Translations under genes and position numbers: made by a program
Shown here: positions 38,362-51,422 of the stretch, piece after piece
Layout of the letters: each line of letters starts with the position of its first letter
Numbering within the stretch: the first letter of the stretch is position 1
The notes under the pieces: generated by a model
Databases searched by the model: none
The model's input: the letters and a program-made list of their open reading frames with translations, nothing else
Told to the model about the DNA's origin: nothing
From: Selaginella moellendorffii
Taxonomy: Eukaryota > Plantae > Lycopodiophyta
Direction of reading: 5' to 3'
Assembly: GCF_000143415.4 (NCBI RefSeq)
Contig: NW_003314315.1
Location: 1,323,681-1,387,680 of the forward strand
DNA: 64,000 nt

Positions 38362-40568
38362 ACAAACTCATGAAGATAACGCCCAAAGACCTCCGTCATC
38401 AACCGAGTAAATGTGGCTGGTGCATTCGTCAAACCAAACGGCATAACTGTAAACTCAAAATGTCCGAAGCTTGTGTTGAATGCCGTCTTGGAGATAGATG
38501 CATCATCCATTGCAATCTGATGATATCCACTCCTCAGATCAATCTTGGTAAACACTCGTGCTTCACCAAGCTTGTCTAGGATATCATCTACACGTGGCAT
38601 CGGCATCTTATCCTTCACTGTCTTCTTGTTCAAAGCACGGTAGTCAATACACATTCGCATTGAACCGTCCTTCTTCTTCACAAGCAAGACCGGAGCACCA
38701 AATGGAGACTTACCTGGCTGAATGAATCCAAACTCAAGTAACTCCTTGACTTGTCGTTGAACTTCTTGCTCGTCCGCATAACTTAACCGAAATGGACGCC
38801 GGTAAATTGGCCGCGTCCCCAGCTCCAATGTAATCCCATGCTCCACACCTCGTAATGGAGGCAATCCATGAGGAAGTTCAGATGGAAAAACATCAGAAAA
38901 CTCGTCGAGTACATCCCGTACTGCTGCTTCTCCCCCACACGTGCCTTGGTCGCCCAAGTCACGAACAAACAGCAAGTAACTCGAAAGTGCTTTTCCATTA
39001 CGACAAGCCCGCTTCAAAGATGTAGCAGAGAGCATAACAACTGGTGGTTGAACGCCCTCGCCAAACCACACATCTTTAACTCCACCATACTCCAGCGAGA
39101 TACGCTTAATGCTCCACTTTATCTCTGGATCCACCTTCACCAACCATGGCATCCCAAGGATGAGATCCACACGATGGATATCCGCGAGATAAAAAGTCTC
39201 CACAAGTGTGGTTTGGCCAACCAACACTTCCAGCCCCTCGACACAAGCATCGAAATGCTGAGCAGAGGTAGCTGCACCTTCCACTGTGTATGGAAGAACT
39301 CCACGTGTGTTCAGGCGATGCTCCGCAACAAACTTTGCCGAAACAAAGTTGTCATCGCTCCCACTATCCAGTAAAATCCGCACTGGATCGCCACGGAACA
39401 CGCCCTCCAACATTAAAGCTGATTCACGCGTATCCTCGAGCTCCATCTTGTTCCACACACAGTTGAGTTGACGAGCAACAATCGAAAGTCTCTTCCTCCG
39501 ACCGGAATGGTCGTTCTCGTCATCCTCACACTGTAAAGTTTGCAACTTTTTAGTATCGGACTTACCGTGAGAAGATGATTGGCCATTCTTCTTGTCCTGC
39601 TGCTTGTTCTTCAACTGCAGACAATCAACCTTGTAGTGTCCAAGTTCGCCGCAATGATGACAACCCTGTCTATAATTCTTCACAAAGAACTTCTGCTTCT
39701 TGGACCCCTTTGCATCTAAAGTAGTCACCACCGACTTCAACTTGTGATGCTTGTTCCCATCCTTGTGTCCACGGCAATCATCACGACGATTCTCGACAGA
39801 AGGACTCCGCGAACGCTTGCGAGACTTGTGCTTGTCATTGTCAAGTCGACAAGCCGCATCAAAGAGCTCCTCCAAACTCTTTGTAGGCTGAGAATGACGC
39901 AAGTGTTGCCGCATGCTCTCACTATGTAGGCCATCAATGAAGCAGGACTTGTTTTGATCTGGATCCTTCGTTGGAACACGACTAATCAAGCGAGTAAGCT
40001 TCTCAATATAATCCCCGAGCATCATTTTCCCTTGCTGGAAATGGCGAAGTTCTGTATGAGCATTCTCCACGTCGTAATGAGGGGCAAAACGTAAATGGAA
40101 AGCAGCCTCAAACTCATCCATGGTAGACACTGGTGGTTTCTTATCCGCAACACGGGACTCCTCAAGCCAATTCCACCATCGAAGACCCGCATCACGCAAA
40201 ACCATCGGAATAGCCACTAAAGCCTCTGCATCTGGAGTTCCTCTAGCAGCCAAAAACTTCTTCACATTGGCTAGCCAAGCAAGACACTTGTCCACACCAC
40301 CATCACCGGAAATGGTTGGAATCTTGAGTCGATCTACCAAAGAAGGCTTACTTGGAGCGCTACCCCGTCCAGCCTCGAGTGCCTCAACATGCCCACGCAT
40401 GGTATCCATCATGCCATGCATCTCGTCTTGCATCTCTTGCCGATTCTTATTAAGGGCTCGCAGCTCATGAACCACATCTTGAATGGTCCAAATCTCTGCA
40501 GCTTCGTCGGCACCATCGTCGGCACCACCATCGACAATAGGATTCCAGCGTTCAGCTTGGTCGGCCAT
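38362..40568 (-). CDS. Gypsy gag-protease-RT N-terminal half (interrupted by the DNA transposon)
   Basis: [14 protein letters not shown] zinc knuckle, LLDSGS protease, [23 protein letters not shown]...YLHEFV. Confidence 0.93.
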
Positions 40569-40829
40569 TGCAACCAATGCTCCGATACCAATGTTATGAT
40601 CCGGCGCAAAAAGACAAAGATCTCGTTGCCCTAGACTATGCTACGCCACCTCTTGAGGTTCCTCACCACCCAACCACCCCCGAGCTACCTCAAAAGCTCC
40701 ACTGCACCGCCGCTCCACTGTGAGCCCTAGGGTAGGTTAAGTCCCTTACCCTAACATGCCTTAATATACCCTTGAGCCTCCCTTTGACCGACGTTGACCA
40801 TGTAATCAAAGCTGGCGCCTAACAGTCGG

Positions 40830-42740
40830 GGCATTGCCGCGAGGCGATCAATCTCCTCCAGCGCATGGATGTGGAACCACTAAATGGTGATCGTGAGCAC
40901 ACTGGCTGCGTGCTCCGGTGCCAAGGATCTCGCGCTGGGCATGGCCATCCACGCGAGAATTCTCTCCCCGGATCTCCGCAAGAATGTGATCAGATACCGC
41001 ACAAGGATGTAGTGTCGTGGACTGCGATGATCACCGCATTTGCCCAGATTGGGGATTGCTGCCAGGCGCTCGAGACGCTCAAGGGGATGATCCAAGCTCG
41101 CGTCCAGCCCAATCCGGTGACCTTCGTCGTGGCAATCACTGCGTGCTCCAGCAGGGAATTTCTCAATCAGGGCAGGAAGATCCACGCCGCCATGATCAAC
41201 CTGGGTTTCCACGGAGACATCACGATCCAGAATGCGCTCGTTTCGATGTATGCGAAGGGTGGCAGCACGGAGGAAGCACTTGCGGTGTTCCAGAGGATGG
41301 AAGATCACAACAGGGTCTTGTGGAACAGCATGATCGCGGCCACACACAGTCTTGCACGGCGATGGGCCTCTTCCATGGCATGAACTTGGAAGGGATCAAG
41401 CCCGACGACGTGAGCTTTCTGGAAGTTCTAAGTGCCTGCTCGAGCCCTGGGTGCTTGCGATCGTGCAAGCGGATCCACTCGCAGCTGGAGCTCGCCGCGG
41501 TACACTCTCCTCCAGATTTGAGCTTGGAGAACTCACTTGTCACTGCCTACGCCAAGTGTGGAGATCTAGAGGCCACCGAGAGGATTTTTCAGAGAATCCC
41601 AAGAACGTTGTGTCCTGGACGGCCATGCTCACTGCTTACACCTTTCACGGCAATGGATCCAAAGCTCTCGAGCTCTACGACAAGATGGTCGGGCAGTCGA
41701 TCCAGCCGGACAGCGTGGTGCTGCTCAACGTAATCTACACCGGATCACTGGTCGGGGACGTCGGCCTCGCGAGAAAGTTCCACGCTCGCGTTGCTTCCTC
41801 CAGCTTCATGCTCAAGATCCAGATCTAGAATGCGCTCATCAACATGTATGTGCAGTGCGGCAGCCTGGAGGAGGCAAGGTGGGTGTTTGATGGGATTGAG
41901 AAGAACTTGGTGTCATGGAACGCAATGATGGGATCTTATGTGCAGCACGGATATGACGAGGAAGCAATTGCATTGTTGCTGGGAACTCGAGGACCATGGA
42001 GTCCGGCTTGAGGTGCTCGGTCTCTGCGAGCTCAGACTCTAGTTGTACACAAAGAGTGTGAAGAGCTCGGACTCCACTAACACCTCGGCCTCCACCATCT
42101 CGGACTCCATTCTAAAGCCCGATTGCATCATGGCCGTCATTCACCTGTGTGCCTGGGCAAGCTCGCCGAGGGGCGGCGCATCCACGCTGAGCTATGCGCC
42201 GCGAATCCGGAGATTCTCGCGGGATCCAGGACCAACGTCACCCTGGGCAATGCGCTGGTTAGCATGTATGCGCGCTGCGGCAGCCTGGGAGGCGCCGCCA
42301 CCACCTTCCACCTCATGAGAGCCTGCCACACGGTGACATGGAGTTCCCTGGTGGCGGGATACGCCCACCACAGCCATGCCGAATATGCCATCCTCCTCTA
42401 CTGTGACATGCACCTCGAGGGCATCCAGCCCGACAGCGTCACCTACGTCAGCATCCTCAACTCGTGCAGCCATGCATTTCTTCGTGTCCATGGTCGAGGA
42501 CCACTGCCTGGCAGCATGGCCCAACCACTGGAAGTGCATGGTGGACGTGCTGGCGGGGTTTGTCGGGCGGGCGGAGGACGTGGTGAGGAATATGCCGTTC
42601 CAGGTGGCGTGGAACACACTGCTGGGGTGCTGCAAGGTGCACGGGGACGTGGCGGTGGGGGGCTGTGGCAGCGTGGAACGCGGTGGGGATTAGCCCGGGT
42701 TTTGCGGGGTCAACGGTGCTGCTGTCCAATATGTAACGTT
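40830..42740 (+). pseudogene. 3' part of the PLS/E-class PPR pseudogene
   Basis: KDVVSWTAMITAFAQ, IQNALVSMYAKGG, ENSLVTAYAKCGDL, GNALVSMYARCGSL, AWNTLLGCCKVHGD; several frameshifts and a stop. Confidence 0.9.
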
Positions 42741-43043
42741 CAAAATTGTCAACATTATCTGGTCAGCGTTCTTATTAACTAGAGAATGCACAAAAGTTCA
42801 ACCTGGACAGTGGTATCAGTCAATTTTCTACAATTTGCAACCCCTGTTGGATTCTTGTTGGGATTTTTCTTTTGTTGCAGCTTTTGTTTGCCACATACCA
42901 TGAATGCCAGGAGCATGGTTTTAAAGAAATGCTTCCAGTGGACACAGCCAGTGAGTCCATATTCTGGAAAAAGCTGGAAGAGACCACACAAAATAGTATT
43001 CAAAGTTAATCACATGGATTGTAATGAAAAAAAAAGTAAAAAC

Positions 43044-43680
43044 TTATCTTGAAACAAGCGCCTCCTTTTTTTCTAAATCGTCATTGCAAGCATTTACAAA
43101 GCTTTGGAACGTTGGAGAAATCCCGGGACTTTTTTCCTCAAGCTGGATCACCGTGTCCAATCCTTCCACCCATCCATTTCTTCTGTAAGCCTTGGCGATC
43201 TCTTCCGCCACCAGTGGCGATGCCAGACTCATCTCCCTGGCTAGCATCGCCCCCACACAGCGCTGGAGCTCGTCGAGACGATCCAGCCACGGGTATCCAA
43301 CGAGCAATGCGTTGTAGCTCTCCTTGCTAAGTTCCTCCTCCTCCTCCACCATTTCCCTGTGTGTCTTGTCGAAATCCTCCGGCATTCCCATCTTCGAGTA
43401 GCCGCAGAGGAGAGTGTTGTAAGTCATGGCATCGGGACGGAAGCTCGAGCACTTGCTGTCGCCCAGGAGATTTGCAAGGCCTGGCGCATCCCCCAACCTC
43501 GCAAACATGGCGATGAGGATGTAGTACGTGACTGCGTTTGGCGAGCACCCCTTACGGAAGGCTTTCATCTGTTCGAGGATGGAGAGTGCGGTTTAAGCGT
43601 CACCTTTCTTGGCGTAGGCGAGGATGAGAGCGTTGCAGCACTTCGTCGATTGCTTGAGCCCCTTGCCTTTGGAACCAGAT
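43044..43680 (-). pseudogene. P-type PPR gene fragment
   Basis: CSPNAVTYYILIAMFARLG, RPDAMTYNTLLCGYSKMG, SYNALLVGY. Confidence 0.75.
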
Positions 43681-43729
43681 GCGTGCTAGCCTCAGGCTCC
43701 GAACGACTCCGGCATAAGAGATCATCCTC

Positions 43730-44180
43730 GCGTAAAGTGGCTCAGTTAGCATTTAAAGTTATTGTAAAAGCTGATAAAACTGATGCATCTGCTTATGTTA
43801 TGATGCAAGATATTTATGAAACATTAAGTATGTTCAAAGAAAAGCAAGGGACAGAACGTGAAAGGAAAGAACAAAAGGCATTGAAAAAACAAGGAGTAAG
43901 TTTCTGGAGTGATGATAATGGCAAAGTACATGAATTTTGGCCAGATTTGAGATGTGGAAATAAGAAAAATAAGTTGACAGAGTATGGAGGTTGCATGCAC
44001 AGCAAATTAAAATCTCTAAAGTATGCTTTTGGGCATACTAAACCTGAGAAAGTAATTCTTATCATAAAATTCATTAGAATGTGTATCAATTGCAACTAGA
44101 GATCTTTCTCAGCAAAGGAAAGGCATAATCACAGTCAACAGTTGTCACTTTTTCCAGAATGGTAAGTGTTCATGTGAGTG
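43730..44180 (+). pseudogene. E/DYW-domain remnant
   Basis: DASAYVMMQDIY, KKQGVSFW...GKVHEF, IIKFIRMCINC, CHFFQNGKCSC. Confidence 0.65.
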
Positions 44181-45882
44181 ATATGTAACACCTAAATAGT
44201 TTATATTATATAATAATACAGAGTTTACAGGACGTGCTGTTCAAAGTGGGAGGTATCAATACACAGCCAGTACTCAACCGCAAATATAAAGAAATTTGAA
44301 CATGCATTTAAAAAGTAATAACACTATCAGATATCAGAACATAGTAAAGCACACTTGTGTAGCAATCAGAGTCAAACATTTCAAAGAAGCAGCTAGTCAG
44401 ACCATGCTATCATTGTTATGATGGAGCAGCTCCGTTCTGTAGCACTGCTTGCAATTGTTCATTGAAGAAGGAAGAAGAAGAGTTGCTTGGGTATGAGATA
44501 AATACTTGAAAAGGAGCTTTGAAACATTGTAGAACTTCTCCTCAGGAAATGGATGCAACTTGCAATGTTTAAAAAGGAACATGCAGAGACTTGCCGCTAG
44601 CTGGAAATATATTGATGTTGGCAGATTTGTGATGTTGTTTGTTGTGCTGTATTCTTGTGGAGACGACCATTGCCTTCTGGAAGAGCTGATTGAAAGACTG
44701 CTTCGATATTGTTGTTCAAAGGATGCAAAGTACAACTTCCAGCCAAATGATACTTGTGAGGGCTTCCAGCAGATACTTAGTCAAGTGGCTTTATTTTCAC
44801 TTACAAATCATGGGGATAGTTTTTGATAATGAGAGCTTAGATCAGGGTTCTTGTGAATGCTATCAACTAGCCTGCATATGTTGTATGTCATCATGCATTT
44901 TTAATGCTATTGCAAGAAAATAATTTTTTTGTTTTGTCTCAAGATATTTGGATATGCTTTTTATACTTGAATCTTCTGCTTTCTTTAAATTTTGAATTTT
45001 CATATTATTTAGAACTAAAGATAATATATTTCTTGGTTTTTGGTGATAACTTTATAAATATGTATAGACTGTCTATAGTATATAACAGAGATGAGAATAC
45101 AGTATATATATAGTTTATACAGTAACTATCTTAAAAAACTATATTTGTTGTTTTAACAAATTAATCTTCTTTACTGGAAAATTTTATTTAAGTTTCAAAA
45201 TATCAGAGTTATGGTAGATATGTTTATCTTGGTTCTAAAAATCTTTTATAACATAATAGTTAGAATTTATAATTTTTAAAATTTTCATTAAAAGTTTGCT
45301 ATCAATTTTAGAACTAGTCTAAATTTTGGTGTGTAATGGATTTAGTTAATGTAGTGTAGTCTTTTTGTCATTGAAAAAATTGGTTATATCATCTATAGTT
45401 TTGGTCATGGATATGAATTCATTTTAAAACAATGAAGCTAATAATCAATAATATCTTTAGAAATTACTTAATACTGTGAGGGCCAAGTGTACTGCTACGA
45501 TGCCGTATACTAATATTAGCGTAGTGGGATTTTGGTAGCTGTCAGATTAGTTTTAATCCAGACTACTCGCTCCTGTATATAAGCTAGGGTTTTTGGGCTA
45601 ATTGAGATGCACATTTCTATATTCCCTTTCCATATTCCAAGCACTCACATTAGTGGAGATGAGGGGCACTTTTGATTGTCCCTGAGGAGTGCTTGGATTT
45701 AGGATTTTGGTTTAGATCTAGCTTTTGCATTGTCTAGATTTAGCTTTTTCCATTTCCTTCTTTTTGTTCTTTCCTTTCAGGATTTTGGTTTAGATCTAGC
45801 TTTTTGCATTGTCTAGATCTACTATTTCTTTCTAGCTTTTTGTCATTTCTCTTCTTTTGCTCTTTCTTTTTCATTCGTCTCC

Positions 45883-46737
45883 ATGGCAGATCAGCAATCT
45901 CCTCCTTTGACTCTCGAGAAGCAGTTGGTCCAATTGCTTGATGCTATGCGCTTGCAATTGAACAACCAAACTCAATTGATGGCGGCATTCATGGCACGTG
46001 GTCCAACTCCTCCTACTCTTGGTGCCAATCCTCGCGTTCGGCCGGAGTTCTTTTGTGGGAATCCCGAGGATGATGTGTACCATTGGTTCGATCACTTCAT
46101 GGTGATTGCCACATATCATTCTTGGGATGATGCTCAACGTTTACGTGAGTTTCCCACGTGTCTCCAAGGGAGGGCGTTGCAGTGGTACAATGGATTGAGT
46201 GCGGCCACTCGTGAGGATTGGAGTGTTCTTCCGGATGTCTTCAAACGTGCCTTCGGACATGCCGATGATTGTGACGATGCCTTCCAACAATTGCATCATC
46301 TTCGCCAAGGGCCATCTGAGTCGGTGATGCAATTTGGCGTTCGTTTCCGAAGTATTTTGCTTCGTGCGGAGCCTAATATGTCAGAGCGGATCAAGCTAGG
46401 AATGTTGTGGCCAGCACTTCGTCAAGATCTTGTCGGCCTTGTGCATGCACTTGCTCCTGCCACCCTTGACGATGCTCTTTGCTTGGCACAACGTTATGAG
46501 ACGTCGCCTCTTCCACTTCTTGCTGCACGTCCTTCCACTCCACTTTCTATGAGTGATGGTCCTGTTCCCATGGAGGTTGATGCTGCTGCTACTCGAGTCC
46601 AAGGACAAGGACGAGGACGTGGTCGTGGCTGTGATGTTCGTTGTTGGGCGTGTGATGAAGTTGGTCATACTTATCGGCGTTGTCGGCGCTTTCCGGATTG
46701 GCAACCTCCATTTCCTGGGTGGAGACCTTGGCGTTAA
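45883..46737 (+). CDS. Gypsy Gag
   Basis: LQGRALQWY, LRQGPSESV, DGPVPMEVDA, CWACDEVGHTYRRC zinc knuckle. Confidence 0.88.
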   Translation: MADQQSPPLTLEKQLVQLLDAMRLQLNNQTQLMAAFMARGPTPPTLGANPRVRPEFFCGNPEDDVYHWFDHFMVIATYHSWDDAQRLREFPTCLQGRALQWYNGLSAATREDWSVLPDVFKRAFGHADDCDDAFQQLHHLRQGPSESVMQFGVRFRSILLRAEPNMSERIKLGMLWPALRQDLVGLVHALAPATLDDALCLAQRYETSPLPLLAARPSTPLSMSDGPVPMEVDAAATRVQGQGRGRGRGCDVRCWACDEVGHTYRRCRRFPDWQPPFPGWRPWR

Positions 46738-46919
46738 CAACGTCCCGTTGGTGCTGCTGCAGTGGAAGGTTTGGACACCGAGATGAATCCGGGAAACGAG
46801 GAGTCGCGCGAGTAATGGAGGGACCTTGCGCGAATAAGTCAGTGACTCCTCCATCTTTCTTTCGGGAGTATCATCAAGGGGTTCACTCGGCACTAGTTCA
46901 TCCAGTGTTTACTTTCTAA

Positions 46920-49900
46920 GCTCATCTTTATAACAAGAGGTCTCCTATTATTCTCTTCGTGTTGGTTGATACAGGTTCGAGTTTATCTTCTATTGCTCGA
47001 CCTGTTGCCACACGTTGTTGTCTACACTTGCGTCGTGCGGCGGAACCAGTTTTCATTCTTTATGGCAACGGCCGTACACATGCATGTGCACGGGATGAGG
47101 CAGACCTGGTTGTGCGTGTGGGCGATCTCGAGCTTGAGTTGCAGTCGTTGCGGGTGGTGCCGAGTCAAGCTTTTGACCTCATTCTTGGTATGGATTGGTT
47201 GTAGCGCAATCATGCCAAGTGTGACTTTGAGGCTTCTCCCCCTTGTCTCATACTTCCTTATGTTTCCTCCATTCCTCTCACATCCGTACCTCTTCGTCCC
47301 TCTACTTCTACCTCTGCTTCCATTACTTTTGTTCCCCCATTATTTCCTCCTGTGTTTCCATTTTGTTCTGCTCTTCTCTTTTCCGATCCCTCCGACGATC
47401 TTTGTGTTGCAGCAGTTGACCGGCTCATGAAGGAGTATTCTGATCTCTTTGACTTTGACCTATCGTCTGGAGCCAAGATTGCTACACGTCATCCGATTCC
47501 AACTGGGGATGCTCGTCCAATCAAGGTTCCTATTCGTTGTCGGTCACTAAAGGAGATCAAGATTTTACGTGCAAATGTTCAGGAGATGTTGGAGAAGGGT
47601 GTTATTCGGAAGTCACGAAGTCCTTGGGCATGTGAACCTCATCTTGTGATGAAGCCTGATGGGAGTATTCGTTTCTACATCGACTATCGTCCGTTAAACG
47701 ACGTAACGATCCCAGATGTGTACCCTCTTCCTCACACTACTGATCTCTTGGATCGTTTGGGGCAAAGTCGTTGGTTCACCAAGCTAGATCTTGCTTCTAG
47801 GTATTGGCAAGTATCGATGGCCGAAGAAGATATTCCTAAGACTGATTTTCGTACACCATTTGGTTTGTATGAGTTCTTGGTGATGCCATTTGGTTTGAAC
47901 AATGCTCCAGCAACTTTTCAATGGATGATGGACGAGGTTCTTTATGATATGCCGGAGGTGACTGCTGACTTCATTGATGATGTCTTGATCCACTCGGAGG
48001 GGACGTGGGAGGAGCACATTCATGATGTTTGTAAAGTGTTGGATTGGCTACGTGACATTGGTTTAAAGCTGAAGCAGTCGAAGTGCGTGTTTGGATCCAA
48101 GGACACAACTTATCTTGGGTACCGTATTTCTCGTGAGGGTTTGCAAGTTGATTCTGACAAACTTGTGGCTGTTCTAAAGTTCCCTACTCCGAAGTGTGTG
48201 AATGATGTGCAGTGCTTCTTGGGCAAGGTGCAGTATCTCGGGCATTTTGTAGATCATCTTTCTGATTGCACTGCACCATTGCGAGCGTTGCTGAAGTCAT
48301 TAATATCATCTTTCATCTGGTCTCCGGATTGTGAGCGGGCGTTTGGGGATCTCAAAAAGTTATTGACAACTCCTCCGGTTTTGGCATATCCTAACTACAC
48401 TCGACCTTTTATTTTGCGCGTGGATGCTTCTGACATTGGTCTTGGAGGTGTGTTAATGCAAGAGAGCTCGAGTGTGCCTGGTCAGCGCCATCCCATTGCA
48501 TATATAAGCCGTACATTACAACCAGCGGAGATGAACTACTCCACGACAGAGAAGGAGTGTTTAGCAGCAGTTTGGGGTTTCGAGAAACTTCATGTATATT
48601 TACATGGTTCTCGGACGTTACTTGAAGGTGACCATGCTGCTGTTACTTCGTTATTAAAGCGAAAGAACCTGGTTGGTCATACTGCTCGGTGGGCTTTGAA
48701 GCTTCAGATATATAATTTTGATGTTGTTCACCACCCAGGGAGTTCTATGGCTGATGCTGATGCCCTTTCTCGAGCTCCTCTTCCTTCTTCATTCTCTTCT
48801 CATGTTTCTGACAAGCCTGTTGTTTCAGCATCTGTGGATTTTCTAGACGAGGATTCTGTGCCGTCGGCGGTTGCTATACTTGACGTTCAGTGTCCACAAG
48901 GTGTAGAGCAAGATCTACTTTTGCTTGATGGGGTTCGTGAGGCTCAAAAGATTGAGCCATAGATTCGAAGGCTTCGAGATGGGTTTCAGAATCCTGCATC
49001 ACTTGCTGATGACTTGCCTTTCCGGCATTTATATTCTCAATATCATTTTGAAGGTGGCCTTATTTATATTGTAGGGACAGATCCTGATGATCATTTACGG
49101 CTGGTGGTGCCTTCTATCTTTATTCTGCGGTTTCTCCATGCCTACCATGATTCTCCTGTTCTAGGTGGGCATATGGGACATCGTCATGTAATCGAGAAGC
49201 TACGCAGGTCTTTCTATTGGCCGGAGATGTGACGTGATATTATCCAGTATGTGCGTAGCTGCGTTTGGTGCCAAGCTCGTAATACTCCCCCTCGGACTGC
49301 AGAAGGACGGTTGGAGTCAATTGTAGTTTCCCGTCCATTTGAATTGGTGGCGTTTGATCTTATGGGGCCTTTTCCACGGTCAACTACTGGTAATGAGTAT
49401 GTTATTATTGCTTCTGACTATTTGACTCGTTGGGTGGAAGTTGGTGCTCTTGCTAGTGCCTCTGCAACTGCTGTTGGATACTTCCTCCTCAATCGAGTGG
49501 TGTTCCAACATTCTTGTCTAGAGCGGATTCTTTCGGATAATGGTCCCGCTTTTATGGCTGAAGCGTTTCATGTTTTGACGTCTCGGTTGGGGATTCGCCA
49601 CACTTTCACGAGTGCTTATCATCCACAATCAGACGGTCTAATGGAACGGCTCGTTCGGACGTTCAAGGGGATGATTGCGAAGTATGTGAACTTTCAGCAT
49701 TCGGATTGGGATGGTTATTTGCCATCTCTTCGATATGTATATGTCATTAGGGTGCAAAGTTCTGTTGCTTCACCATATAAACTGCTATATGGTCATGATC
49801 CAATATTACCAACGGAGTTGGGTTTACCTTTGCGATTGCCACGAGCTGCGGATGCTAGGTCATGGGATCAATATTTGACAAGCATTCTTCCACTTGTCCG

Positions 49901-50276
49901 AGCGGAGTCTGCCGAACACTTAGGCTGCGTACAAGTGGGACAACAACGGCGCTACAACTCCCGTCATCGTCCACCTGCGGAGTACAAAGTGGATGATTTG
50001 GTGTTAGTCCGTTTTCCCCATTTTATGGTACATGGTTTATCTAAGGGGCTCCTTGCACAATGGAAAGGACCGTATCAGGTGTTGCGGCAAGTTGAACCAC
50101 AAGTTTATGAGGTTCGGCATGACGTTCAGCAGGCCGATCCTCCAAAGATTGTGCATGTGCAGCGGTTGAAATGCTTCATACAAAGGGATCAGGAGCAATT
50201 AATACCATCTACAGATCCATCGATGCCTCCTCCTAATGTTCCTCCAGATCCCGGCCCGTTTACAAGAGAACCTTGA
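46920..50276 (+). pseudogene. Gypsy Pol (protease, RT, RNase H, integrase) with premature stops
   Basis: LVDTGS, LILGMDWL, KLDLASRYWQV, MPFGLNNAPATFQ, FIDDVLI, VDASDIGLGGVL, DLMGPF, SDNGPAF, YHPQSDGLMER, WKGPY. Confidence 0.92.
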
Positions 50277-51422
50277 TGGTCTTCCATTATCCTGAGAAGG
50301 GGGGATGATGTGAGGGCCAAGTGTATGGCTACGATGCCGTATATTAATATTAGCATAGTGGGATTTTGGTAGCCGTCGGATTAGTTTTAATCCAGACCAC
50401 TCGCTCCTGTATATAAGCTAGGGTTTTTGGGCTAATTGAGATGCACATTTCTGTATTCCCTTTCCATATTCCAAGCACTCACAATACTATTATACATAAT
50501 GATTTTATTTATATATATATATATATATCTATGTGTGTGTAAAAAAAATATAAATGCAATAGAAGATAATGCAGTTCTGTTAGATATATTAATGTATCTA
50601 AATAAATTACCTTCTATGATACTTTGGACTTCCACAATAATAAAAATATGCAAAATTTCATTATCCACAGAACTGCTAGCATTAGTTTTAACCTTAAAAC
50701 CCATTTACACTTGATAGCTTTTTGTTCTGAAGGAAGTGGAACTAGTTATCAAGCACCTTTTATAAGCACAATGTTATAAATGGGCAATGTCTAAACTCCT
50801 TCCAAGGTAAATGCCACACTCGTCCCCCATCGAAGCACCTGGAAAACATACACAATTTAGTTTGGATGATCAGAGAATCACAGCATACCTCAATATAATT
50901 CTTGTAGTTGCATTTTCTGTCTGGGTTCGTTATAGGAGCGTGAGGATTGTGAAATGCACATGTACTTGTGTCTTCCAACCTATTTGAACCAGAAATTTTT
51001 GGTATATTCTTGAGCCAAGGGGGCTGGCGTGCATGGATTTTCCAGCATTGTTGAGAACAAGAATTTGATGACCAACAAACACCCCAGGGTTTACAACATA
51101 CACACATCTCTCATACACTAGAAAAACATATACACTTCCTTGATCAATCACAGCATGAAAGAGTTCGACTATCTATATAGCCACAACATTTATGTAATTT
51201 TTATTTAAAATACTTTTTTCATTCATTATTTTAAGCTTATATACATATTTTTATATACATATTTGGATAGAACTTTAACTCCATAATATTTATAAGTATA
51301 AGCTCTATTATTTTATTAGCTTTCACCTAATAATCTATTGATCTGACGGCTGTCGTTGGTTGAACGGTGACGATTGTTTCAAAAGACCTAATGTTAGGGT
51401 TTTTACGGGTTAAGTTCAAGCT

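Larger units (their letters stand above)
23571..40824 (-). mobile_element. Ty3/gypsy LTR retrotransposon (about 4.9 kb without nested insert); LTRs 23571-23803 and 40592-40824
   Basis: 233-bp TG..CA LTRs differing at about 9 positions, all transitions; 5-bp TSD GTCGG (23566-23570, 40825-40829); PBS TGGTATCGGAGC at 40590-40579; PPT just inside 3' LTR; gag-CCHC-protease-RT (40568-38362), RT-RNaseH-integrase (26027-23878). Confidence 0.97.
45475..50483 (+). mobile_element. Ty3/gypsy retrotransposon (5.0 kb), LTRs 45475-45649 and 50309-50483
   Basis: 175-bp TG..CA LTRs; 4-bp TSD ATAC; PBS TAGTGGAGATGAGGGG (tRNA-Ala-like); PPT GAGAAGGGGGGATGA; separate gag ORF and pol with stops. Confidence 0.95.
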
